Sequence record: DRR723986_6320
Length of the DNA stretch: 43,954 bases
Strand: one strand, 5' to 3'
The position numbers and the translations under genes are program-made. A model generated the notes under the pieces. The model was not told where the DNA came from and searched no databases. It saw only the letters and a list, made by a program, of their open reading frames with translations. Every line of letters begins with the position of its first letter. Position 1 is the stretch's first letter. This document shows, in pieces, positions 27,479 through 35,625 of this stretch.

Positions 27479-27970
27479 CTACTCACTCTGCTGCTCGAGA
27501 TCCTGTCTCGCTTTCCGCGCCTTGTGCGGATTCTCCTCGCGCCACTGTTCCATCTTCGCGCGCTGTTCCTCGGTCAGCACGGCTGCCGCATCCTCACGGC
27601 TGCCACCCCCCTGGCGTATCTCACGCATTTGCTGCAGCTGCTCATCGCTCAGACCGAGCTCCGTCTGCATACGCTCACGGTGGGCCTTCATCCGCGCAGC
27701 GTCAGGGTGCTCCTGGCGCAGTTCACGCATTCTCTCGCGCTGCTCCTCGGTGAGTACCGCCGCCGCATCTTCCCGGCTGCCACCGCTTTCGCGAATCTCC
27801 CGCATCTGTTGCATCTGCTCTTCCGACAGGCCCAGCTCGGCCTGCATCCGCGCCCGGTGTTCCTGGCGTCGTTCACCTTGTTCATCCCCGGCCTGGGCCA
27901 GCGGGACAAGCACTGCGGCGGCCATGGCCACAGCGACGATGCTTTTGTACAGCGACTTTCCGTTGTTCAT
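27479..27970 (-). CDS. periplasmic Spy/CpxP-like LTxxQ protein with tandem duplication
   Basis: Signal peptide ending AQA; LSEEQ/LTEEQ motifs in two 59-aa repeats; AAGGAG RBS before ATG 27970. Confidence 0.7.
   Translation of the reverse strand: MNNGKSLYKSIVAVAMAAAVLVPLAQAGDEQGERRQEHRARMQAELGLSEEQMQQMREIRESGGSREDAAAVLTEEQRERMRELRQEHPDAARMKAHRERMQTELGLSDEQLQQMREIRQGGGSREDAAAVLTEEQRAKMEQWREENPHKARKARQDLEQQSE
27520..27870. repeat. intragenic degenerate direct repeat, 177-bp period (boundaries approximate)
   Basis: ctgttcctcggtcagcacggctgccgcatcc at 27563 recurs as ctgctcctcggtgagtaccgccgccgcatct at 27740. Confidence 0.8.
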
Positions 27971-28097
27971 CCTCGTTCTCCTTGAGCGTTGTTGGATGTC
28001 ACGGACTATTGGACCAGCAACTCCGGTTAATCTCCGCAGGCACCGGGTAAAGAAATGTAAACGCCCTGGCCAGCCAGGCCGGGCAAGCATCAGCCGC

Positions 28098-29732
28098 TCA
28101 GCTGCCCGCGGCAGATGCCTCCAGCTGCTTCTGCTCGGCCACCAGTTCGCGGACATCCCGCAGCAGGGCCTTGGCATCAAACACGATGCCGTCCTTGATG
28201 GTATAGCGGATGCCACCGGTGGTTTCCATTTGCCCGGTGTCCGGGTTAAGCCGTCGGTGCCCGGTGCCGTACAGGACCTTGAAGTTGGCCAACGGGTTTT
28301 CATCGACAATCACCAGGTCCGCTTTTTTGCCCAGCTCCACCGAGCCGATGTCCTCTGCCATGCCCAGAAGCTCCGCGCCATTGAGCGTAGCCGAGCGCAG
28401 CACCTCCAGCGGGTGAAATCCGGCCTCCTGCAACAGTTCGAGTTCACGCACGTAGGCAAATCCGTAGACCTTATAGATGAAGCCCGCATCGGAGCCCGCA
28501 GTCACCCGGCCACCGGCGTTCTTGTAATCGTTAACAAACTGCATCCAGCGCTGGAAATTGCGCTTCCAGGCAATCTCATGCGCCGTTGTCCAATCAAAAA
28601 AGAAGGAGCCGTGCACCTCGGGATTTGGTTCGAAGGCGCGCATGATATAGGGCATGGTGTAGTCCGCATGCCAGTCGGCATTGCGCGCCCGCATCAAGTC
28701 GCGGGTGGCCTCGTAGATGGTAAAAGTCGGGTCAATCGTGAAATCCAGCTCGATCAGCTCACGGATAGTCGCCTGCCAGCGCTCCGATCCCGGCTTTGCC
28801 GCCTGCAGCCAGAGCTGGCCAGCCTCACCGAAGCGATCCTGCTCATTGCTGTAATTGTAATCGTGGGGGTAGTCCTGGATTACCCGGTCTTCAAACATCG
28901 CTTCCGGCAGACCATACCAATGCTCCATGCTGTCCAGCCCCAGGCGCGCGCTATCCAGCACGTTGATCCGGGTCACCGACACCTGGGCATGGTGATAGGC
29001 GGTTTTCATCTCCAGTTTTTGCGCCTCATCCAGGGCCGCGGCGATCAGTTCCGGCGCTGCGCCGAGAAACTTGACCCCGTCCGCACCCTTTTTGCTCACC
29101 GCGCGCACCCATTTGCGCGCCTCATCCGGTGAGGACAGCCGCTCCGGGAACAAGCTGTGTACCACCAGCCGCGGTGCACTGATCTCGCCGGCAGCACTGC
29201 GGCGCTTGTGCTTGAGGGTCCAGTTCAGGCCCATAATCGCGCCGACATCGCGGACCGTGGTAATGCCGTGCGCCAGCCACAGCTTGAGCACATATTCCGG
29301 GTCGGTCAGCGCGCCGGCGAACGCGTGGGACGGGGTACCCATATGGGAGTGAGAATCGATAAACCCGGGCAGCACAAACTTGCCGCTGGCGTCGATAACA
29401 CGCGCATCCTCGCCATAGTCACCGTGCTCGCCGTGGATTCCTGTCGTCGAGCCACCCCGAATATCAACAATCCGGTCGCCCTCGATCACGATGGTCACCG
29501 GCCCCCGGTTCGGGGCTCCCGTACCGTCAACGAGGTTGCCGTTTTCAATCACCAGGCGCTTGTAGGGTCCGGCACTCTCATCACCCCGGGGAGGCGCTTC
29601 CCCGGCTGGCGCTACACCCGCGGCCAGCATCGGGGTAATCACTTCTTCACCGGGTTCAGCTGCGGCAAGACCGAGTGATGACCACAGGAACAACACCAGG
29701 GGTAGCAAACGGGCGGGCGAGGCAAGCGACAT
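28098..29732 (-). CDS. exported amidohydrolase family protein
   Basis: Signal peptide, VLPGFIDSHSH, HGITTVRDVG, AGSDAG, GSVELGKKADL. Confidence 0.88.
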   Translation of the reverse strand: MSLASPARLLPLVLFLWSSLGLAAAEPGEEVITPMLAAGVAPAGEAPPRGDESAGPYKRLVIENGNLVDGTGAPNRGPVTIVIEGDRIVDIRGGSTTGIHGEHGDYGEDARVIDASGKFVLPGFIDSHSHMGTPSHAFAGALTDPEYVLKLWLAHGITTVRDVGAIMGLNWTLKHKRRSAAGEISAPRLVVHSLFPERLSSPDEARKWVRAVSKKGADGVKFLGAAPELIAAALDEAQKLEMKTAYHHAQVSVTRINVLDSARLGLDSMEHWYGLPEAMFEDRVIQDYPHDYNYSNEQDRFGEAGQLWLQAAKPGSERWQATIRELIELDFTIDPTFTIYEATRDLMRARNADWHADYTMPYIMRAFEPNPEVHGSFFFDWTTAHEIAWKRNFQRWMQFVNDYKNAGGRVTAGSDAGFIYKVYGFAYVRELELLQEAGFHPLEVLRSATLNGAELLGMAEDIGSVELGKKADLVIVDENPLANFKVLYGTGHRRLNPDTGQMETTGGIRYTIKDGIVFDAKALLRDVRELVAEQKQLEASAAGS

Positions 29733-29843
29733 GGCAAATTCCTTCGACGGGTTATCAATTACAGTGATGAACGGGCAATATAGCACCAGCACCGCGGAGC
29801 GTGCGAAATCTCTCAACCAGCCAGAACAGCAAGGGAGTCAACC

Positions 29844-30986
29844 GTGAAGATACCCAATCAGGCACTTGCCGCCGTCCTCGCCTGCCTGCTGCTATCCGGA
29901 CCCACTGCCGGATTCGCGCAGGAAGCCGCCGCACTGACGATTATCGAGGAGCTGGGCCTGCGGGAGGCACCACAGGCCATGAAGAACAACCCGCGCTGGA
30001 GTCCGCAGCGGATCGCCATAACCCTGCCGGGGCGGATAAGCGCCGCAATACCGGATTTCGAGTCGCGCCTGAAAGCGGCCGCCGGCGATGTCGAGCTGGT
30101 ATTTGACCGCTCCGGTGGTTTCGTCCTCAGCGGCGACATCCTGCAGGACGTCGATGGCATTATCGGGCTCTGCACTCCACCGACCATGCAGGACGCGAGC
30201 AGTGACCTGCTCTGGCTGCACAACTACAGCGTTGGAATGGACCGCTGCACGGGGCTTACCGAACAGCAAAAAGACGACATCGTCTTCACCAACAACAAGC
30301 GCCTGTCCGGGCCGACCATCGCCGAACACACTATCGCCATGCTGATGGCGATCGCCCGCGGCCTGCCCACTTACACAATGGCCCAGGCCGAACAGCGCTG
30401 GGACAGTAGCCCGTTCAGCGAACAGCGCTTCGGCGAAATCAAGGATAAGACCCTGCTGGTAGTCGGCCTCGGCGGCATCGGCACCGAGATCGCCTGGCGC
30501 GCCCATGGCCTGGGCATGCGCGTCATCGCCACCCGCAACTCATCCCGCAGTGGCCCCGATTACGTGGAATACGTGGGGCTGGCGGATGAACTGACCACGC
30601 TGGCAAAACAGGCGGACGTGGTCGTGAATGCCCTGCCGCTGACCGAGGAAACCACCGGCCTCTTCGACAAATCCTTCTTTGACGCGGTGAAACCGGGGGC
30701 GATTTTCCTGAGCGTAGGTCGGGGCCAGAGCACGGTAAGCGAAGACCTGGTGGCGGCCTTGTCCTCCGGCCAGCTATACGGCGCCGGACTCGACGTCACC
30801 GACCCGGAACCGCTCCCGGAAGACAGCCCACTGTGGCTGATGCCCCGGGTAATCATCACACCCCACGTCTCGTCGGCAGGCGCGGACAGCCTGCGCCGCA
30901 TGACCACCATCGCGGTGGAGAACCTGCGCCGCTACGTGGCCGGGGAACCCCTGCTGAATCTCGTCGATATCCGCAAGGGTTACTGA
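29844..30986 (+). CDS. D-2-hydroxyacid dehydrogenase family protein with signal peptide
   Basis: GLGGIG Rossmann motif, VGRG, LDVTDPEPL, ITPHVS; N-terminal MKIPNQALAAVLACLLLSGPTAGFA; GGGAG RBS before GTG. Confidence 0.9.
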   Translation: MKIPNQALAAVLACLLLSGPTAGFAQEAAALTIIEELGLREAPQAMKNNPRWSPQRIAITLPGRISAAIPDFESRLKAAAGDVELVFDRSGGFVLSGDILQDVDGIIGLCTPPTMQDASSDLLWLHNYSVGMDRCTGLTEQQKDDIVFTNNKRLSGPTIAEHTIAMLMAIARGLPTYTMAQAEQRWDSSPFSEQRFGEIKDKTLLVVGLGGIGTEIAWRAHGLGMRVIATRNSSRSGPDYVEYVGLADELTTLAKQADVVVNALPLTEETTGLFDKSFFDAVKPGAIFLSVGRGQSTVSEDLVAALSSGQLYGAGLDVTDPEPLPEDSPLWLMPRVIITPHVSSAGADSLRRMTTIAVENLRRYVAGEPLLNLVDIRKGY

Positions 30987-30994
30987 GCGCCTGA

Positions 30995-32866
30995 TCAGGC
31001 CGCGCGCAGCGCGCGGCCCAGGGGACGACTGCCGAGCACCTCGGTAAAGTCCCCGTCTTGCCAGACCGTTTCCCCGTTAATCAGCACGTGGCTCACGATA
31101 CCCTCGGGCCGGTTCACCATCTGCTCATGCTCGAACAGTTCGCGGTACTCCAGCTTGCGGGTAGCGTCACAGTTCCAGTCCTGCAGGGACTCGGGATTCA
31201 CCATGGTGATATCCGCCTGCGCCCCGATCTCCAGGGTCCCCACATCCAGGCCGAAAAACTCCGCCGGCTCCCGGGTCAGGCGCTTCACTACCGCGCTGAC
31301 CGTGTTCAGGCCGCGCTCGCGGGCCAGCTTGAGGGACATCAGGTTGGCATCGAAGAAGGCCATATTGGTGATGTGCGCACCGGAGTCGTTGAAACCCGGC
31401 AGTGCGTTCTTGTTCAGCAGCAGATCGAGGGTGGCCCGGTTGCCGACATTGCCCACATCCGCCCAGAAGCGGAAACCCTTGTCGTAGCTGCGCAGCAAGT
31501 GGAGCATGAAGTCCGCATCGTCGGCGATGGGCTTCGGGAAGCTGTCGAAGGCTTCCCGCTCGGCATCTGAGCGCGCCTGGGCCGCATTGCCCCGCTGGTA
31601 ATTCTCCAGCCGGTCGTATACCTGCTGCATGGTCTCGCCGTTCCAGTCCGCCACCGGCGCGCCGTCGAAGTGGAGCCGGTGCAACTCGCGGATGACGAGG
31701 TGATCGGGCAGGCCCAGCTTCGCCTTCAGGGTCGCCAGGTTGTTGCCGCGGCGCCCGTGGTACCAATCGCGCCGAAAATCCTCAACCCACTGGGGATCGT
31801 TGAGCAACGCCATACGCCCCTCGACATCGTCGTATTCCTTGGCGATCAGGCGGCAAGTGGACTCCAGCTCTTCAAACAGCGGGCTGACAATGCCGTCAGA
31901 CCAGACCCGGAAGTTGGTGCCCAGGGACTGGAAATGGATACGACCCTTGAACAGGGACGAATTGAGCAGGCCGGCGAACTTGAGGAAGCTGTTGGCCGTT
32001 TTCGGTGCGGCGACCTGCTCCACGGAGGCCAGCGCTGAGGTCTTCAGGGTTTTGCCGAACAGCCGGCCGCTGGTCAGGGTGAAGTACACCAGGGCCATCA
32101 GCTTGCTGTCGAGAATCGGTGTGGTCTGCCAGACCCGCCCGTGTTCGCGGACGACCTTGAGCAGGCGCTTGAGCTCGCCAAAGCTGGCGAACTGGGTGGG
32201 GATGCGCTTGTCTGTGTTCGGGTCATTGGCGAGGTAGTGGAACGGCAGGCCGTCGGTACTCATGCCCAGGTAGCCCTGCGCCATAGCCTGCTGCAGCAGC
32301 TCTTCCATCTGCCGCAGCTCGGCATCGGTGGGCTCACGGCTGATGCTGTCCTTCAGTCCCATCACTTCCACCCGCAGCATGGAGTGGGGCACGAAAGCGC
32401 CAATGTTCGGACCGAGCGGGAGTTTCTGGAAGTGATCCATGTACTCACCGCTGTTCTCCCAGTCGATAACGTCCACACACTTGCGCAGCACCGACTTGGG
32501 GATGTTCTCCACCCGGGTGAAGCAGTCCACGATGGGGTCCTGCTCGTCTTGCTCCTGCTTGCCGAAGCAGGTGCCCAGGCTGCAGTTACCGACCAGCACC
32601 GTGGTAGTGCCGTGGCGCACCACCTCAGGGAGGCGTGGATCGAGGTCGACTTCCAGGTCCAGGTGGGTGTGGATATCGAGCAGACCGGGCATCAGCCACT
32701 GTCCCTCGCCGTCGATCACCCGTGCGGCGAGCTCCGTCGGCAACTCGCGCCCCTTCGCTGCCACCTTGCCATCCCGCAGGGCAATATCAATCTGTTGCGG
32801 CGGCGCGCCCGTACCGTCAAAAACCAACGCGTTGCGGATTACCGTATCCCAGGCCTGTGTCGACAT
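30995..32866 (-). CDS. N-acyl-D-amino-acid deacylase family amidohydrolase
   Basis: FDGTG, MPGLLDIHTHLD, HGTTTVLVGNCS, FNDSGAH, GAQADI. Confidence 0.88.
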   Translation of the reverse strand: MSTQAWDTVIRNALVFDGTGAPPQQIDIALRDGKVAAKGRELPTELAARVIDGEGQWLMPGLLDIHTHLDLEVDLDPRLPEVVRHGTTTVLVGNCSLGTCFGKQEQDEQDPIVDCFTRVENIPKSVLRKCVDVIDWENSGEYMDHFQKLPLGPNIGAFVPHSMLRVEVMGLKDSISREPTDAELRQMEELLQQAMAQGYLGMSTDGLPFHYLANDPNTDKRIPTQFASFGELKRLLKVVREHGRVWQTTPILDSKLMALVYFTLTSGRLFGKTLKTSALASVEQVAAPKTANSFLKFAGLLNSSLFKGRIHFQSLGTNFRVWSDGIVSPLFEELESTCRLIAKEYDDVEGRMALLNDPQWVEDFRRDWYHGRRGNNLATLKAKLGLPDHLVIRELHRLHFDGAPVADWNGETMQQVYDRLENYQRGNAAQARSDAEREAFDSFPKPIADDADFMLHLLRSYDKGFRFWADVGNVGNRATLDLLLNKNALPGFNDSGAHITNMAFFDANLMSLKLARERGLNTVSAVVKRLTREPAEFFGLDVGTLEIGAQADITMVNPESLQDWNCDATRKLEYRELFEHEQMVNRPEGIVSHVLINGETVWQDGDFTEVLGSRPLGRALRAA

Positions 32867-33020
32867 TGTTCACCTCATTCGCTTCATTGGCGCCGCTCCC
32901 AGAGAGTGTAGTTCAGTCACCTGTCGGGGGCAGCGCCGGGATGCTAAGGTTAATGGCCGAGCGTTGGCAATCCAAGCCCCGACCCGGCGTAACCGGCCGC
33001 GCCGCCAGACCAGGACACCC

Positions 33021-34499
33021 ATGAACAGTACCCCGATCCCCTTCGACAACAGTTACGCCCGTCTCCCGGAACGTCTGTTCAGCCGCCTGGACCCAACCCC
33101 CGTTGCCAGCCCCGCCAGCATCCGGGTGAACCCGCGCCTGGCCGAGGATCTCGGGATAGACCCGGCCTGGCTGGCGTCGGAAGACGGTACCCGGGTTATC
33201 GCCGGGAACAGCGTACCGACGGGAGCGGAGCCCCTGGCCGCGGTCTATGCCGGCCACCAGTTCGGCAGCTATAACCCGCAACTGGGCGATGGCCGCGCAC
33301 TCTTGCTCGGCGAGGTCATTGCCCGGAACGGCAAACGCTACGATATCCAGCTCAAGGGCGCCGGCCCGACGCCCTATTCCCGCGGCGGCGACGGCCGTTC
33401 GCCACTCGGGCCGGTGTTACGCGAGTACATCGTCAGCGAGGCAATGCACGCCATGGGCATCCCCACGACCCGGGCGCTGGCTGCCGTGACAACCGGTGAC
33501 CAGGTGGTGCGCGATACTTTCCAGCCCGGGGCAATTCTCGCCCGGGTTGCCAGCAGCCATATCCGTATCGGCACCCTGCAATTTTTCGCTGCCCGTCAGG
33601 ATACCGAGGCGCTTCGTACGCTGGTCGATCACACCTTGCAACGCCACTACCCGGACGCAGTCGGCGACAATCCCGCACTGAGCTTGCTCGAGTGCGTCAT
33701 CGCGGCCCAGGCGCGGCTGGTGGCCCGCTGGCAACTGGTGGGGTTTATTCACGGGGTGATGAATACGGACAACATGCTGCTGTCCGGTGAGACGGTGGAC
33801 TATGGCCCCTGTGCCTTTATGGACCAGTTCCACCCGGACACGGTGTTCAGCTCTATCGACCAGGGCGGGCGCTACGCCTACCGCAACCAGCCCGGCATCG
33901 CCCACTGGAACCTGGCGGCACTGGCCCAGGCCCTGCTCCCGGTACTGGACCCGGACCAGGATCGGGCGGTGGAACTGGCCCAGGTGGCGGTCGACACCTT
34001 TCCCGACTTATTCATGGACGCCCACACTCGGGGCATGGCGGCCAAGCTGGGCCTGGCGGAGATCCGGGCCGAGGACACACCCCTGGTCGAGGACCTGTTC
34101 GCCCTGATGGCAGAGCAATCGCTCGACTTTACCCTGACCTTCCGCCACCTGGCAGATCTCGCCGACCCGGCTGGCAAGGCCCACCGGGTGGACGCCCTGT
34201 TCACCGCCCCACCTGCATTGCAGGACTGGCTGGTGCGCTGGCGGGAGCGCCTGGCAGGGGAAGCAACAGACCCGGCGCGGCGACAGCTCACCATGTACCT
34301 GGCCAACCCGGTATTCATCCCGCGCAACCACCTGGTGCAGGCGGCGATTAGCGCCGCCTCCGAGGAACAGGATTACGGTGTATTCCACCGCCTGGTCGAG
34401 CGCCTTGCCGACCCCCACAGCTTTGACCCCGCGGACCGGGACTACGCCCTGCCGGCGCGGCCGGAGCAAATGGTCAGGCAAACCTTCTGCGGCACCTGA
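33021..34499 (+). CDS. selO: protein adenylyltransferase SelO/YdiU
   Basis: YAGHQFG, LGDGRA, QLKGAGPTPYSRGGDGR, GFIHGVMNTDN, DYGPC, NPVFIPRNH, terminal TFCGT. Confidence 0.95.
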   Translation: MNSTPIPFDNSYARLPERLFSRLDPTPVASPASIRVNPRLAEDLGIDPAWLASEDGTRVIAGNSVPTGAEPLAAVYAGHQFGSYNPQLGDGRALLLGEVIARNGKRYDIQLKGAGPTPYSRGGDGRSPLGPVLREYIVSEAMHAMGIPTTRALAAVTTGDQVVRDTFQPGAILARVASSHIRIGTLQFFAARQDTEALRTLVDHTLQRHYPDAVGDNPALSLLECVIAAQARLVARWQLVGFIHGVMNTDNMLLSGETVDYGPCAFMDQFHPDTVFSSIDQGGRYAYRNQPGIAHWNLAALAQALLPVLDPDQDRAVELAQVAVDTFPDLFMDAHTRGMAAKLGLAEIRAEDTPLVEDLFALMAEQSLDFTLTFRHLADLADPAGKAHRVDALFTAPPALQDWLVRWRERLAGEATDPARRQLTMYLANPVFIPRNHLVQAAISAASEEQDYGVFHRLVERLADPHSFDPADRDYALPARPEQMVRQTFCGT

Positions 34500-34509
34500 G
34501 AGCTACCCG

Positions 34510-34824
34510 TCAGAGGAACAGTCGCAGTACCGCAAAACAGGCAAGGCCCGCGATGATAGTGAGAAACAGGTGCCGGGTCAGCAAAGCCACCGCGAAAGCA
34601 AACAGGGCCGCCAGGGCATGATAATTGTCCAGGTTGAACGCCAGTTCACCCTCTCGCACCAGGGATGCCTGGGCGATGATGGCCGTCAGCACCGCAATCG
34701 GCACAAAATCCAGGGCCCGCTCCAGTGCCGGGGGCATGACCACCCTGCCCGCCAGGGCCAGGGGCAGGTAGCGCGGCAAATAGGTGACTACCGCCATAGC
34801 CAGAATCAGCAGCCATTCATTCAT
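34510..34824 (-). CDS. azlD: AzlD family branched-chain amino acid export protein
   Basis: MAVVTYLPRYLP, ALDFVPIAVLTAII; overlaps the azlC stop. Confidence 0.85.
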   Translation of the reverse strand: MNEWLLILAMAVVTYLPRYLPLALAGRVVMPPALERALDFVPIAVLTAIIAQASLVREGELAFNLDNYHALAALFAFAVALLTRHLFLTIIAGLACFAVLRLFL

Positions 34825-35515
34825 GGGCAGCACCTCGACTGAGCAGCACACCGGTGGCAATGGCCAGCAGAGAGGAAAACAGCAGCCCGGACTGGTGCGG
34901 CCAGTCATAGCTAAGCAGGGCACTGGCGAAGGCTACCGCCGCGCAGGCCCAATCGGCACGCTGCTTGAGCGCCGGCACCACAATACCGACGAAGGCGACG
35001 ATCATCGCCACATCCAGGCCCCAACCGGCCAGCTCGGGGATCTGCTCACCCAGCGTGTAGCCAAGTACCGTGGAGAGCTGCCAGAAGCTGTACATGAACA
35101 GAGCCGATCCCGCATAGAACCAGCGCAATCCGGCCTGCTCCGGATGCCGGTTAAGGCGATCGGTCACCGCCGCGAAGGTCTCGTCGGTCAGGAAAAACGC
35201 CAGTACCGCCCGCAGCCACTGGGGCCAGGGCAGCACGTGGTGCATCAGGTTCGCCGAGTACAGCAGCTGCCGCAGGTTGACGATAAATACGGTGAGTACG
35301 ATCACCGGCATGGCGGTTGCTGTTGCGAGCAGGGTGACCGCGATGAACTGCGACGCGCCGGCAAAAACGATGGCTGACATGCCCAGGGTAGAACCGAAGT
35401 CCAGCCCGGTGGCGTGGGCCAGTGCACCGAAGACAATACCGAACGGAAACGCGGCCACCACCAGGGGCAGCGTTTCGAAGGCACCGAGCCAGAGCTGTTT
35501 TGCCGGTGTGTGCAT
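34817..35515 (-). CDS. azlC: AzlC family branched-chain amino acid permease
   Basis: PFGIVFG, MSAIVFAGASQF, VNLRQLLYS, LTDETFA. Confidence 0.9.
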   Translation of the reverse strand: MHTPAKQLWLGAFETLPLVVAAFPFGIVFGALAHATGLDFGSTLGMSAIVFAGASQFIAVTLLATATAMPVIVLTVFIVNLRQLLYSANLMHHVLPWPQWLRAVLAFFLTDETFAAVTDRLNRHPEQAGLRWFYAGSALFMYSFWQLSTVLGYTLGEQIPELAGWGLDVAMIVAFVGIVVPALKQRADWACAAVAFASALLSYDWPHQSGLLFSSLLAIATGVLLSRGAAHE

Positions 35516-35548
35516 TGTGTAGGCGACCCCCACGTAAACGACCGGCAA

Positions 35549-35578
35549 TTGTAGACCAGGCGTGATCGCCCGTATAAT
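35549..35578 (+). promoter_or_regulatory. putative sigma70 promoter for the pyrD-pyrK fusion
   Basis: TTGTAG-N18-TATAAT (perfect -10 at 35573-35578), which argues for a start at TTG 35626 rather than 35578. Confidence 0.5.
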
Positions 35579-35625
35579 TGCCCCTCACCCAACCCGGCCC
35601 CCGGGCCACTATCCAGAGCGCAATC

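Noticed and set aside
27971-28309. Upstream extension of the LTxxQ protein given in the ORF track
   Set aside because: Overlaps the amidohydrolase 3' end; SD and signal peptide indicate a start at 27970
32439-33020. Apparent 194-aa N-terminal extension of SelO
   Set aside because: Overlaps the deacylase gene on the opposite strand; homology starts at ATG 33021, which has an AGGA RBS
34480-34520. Possible selenocysteine read-through at the SelO TGA
   Set aside because: The protein already ends in the Cys-type motif TFCGT, and azlD ends 10 bp away; no evidence for a SECIS
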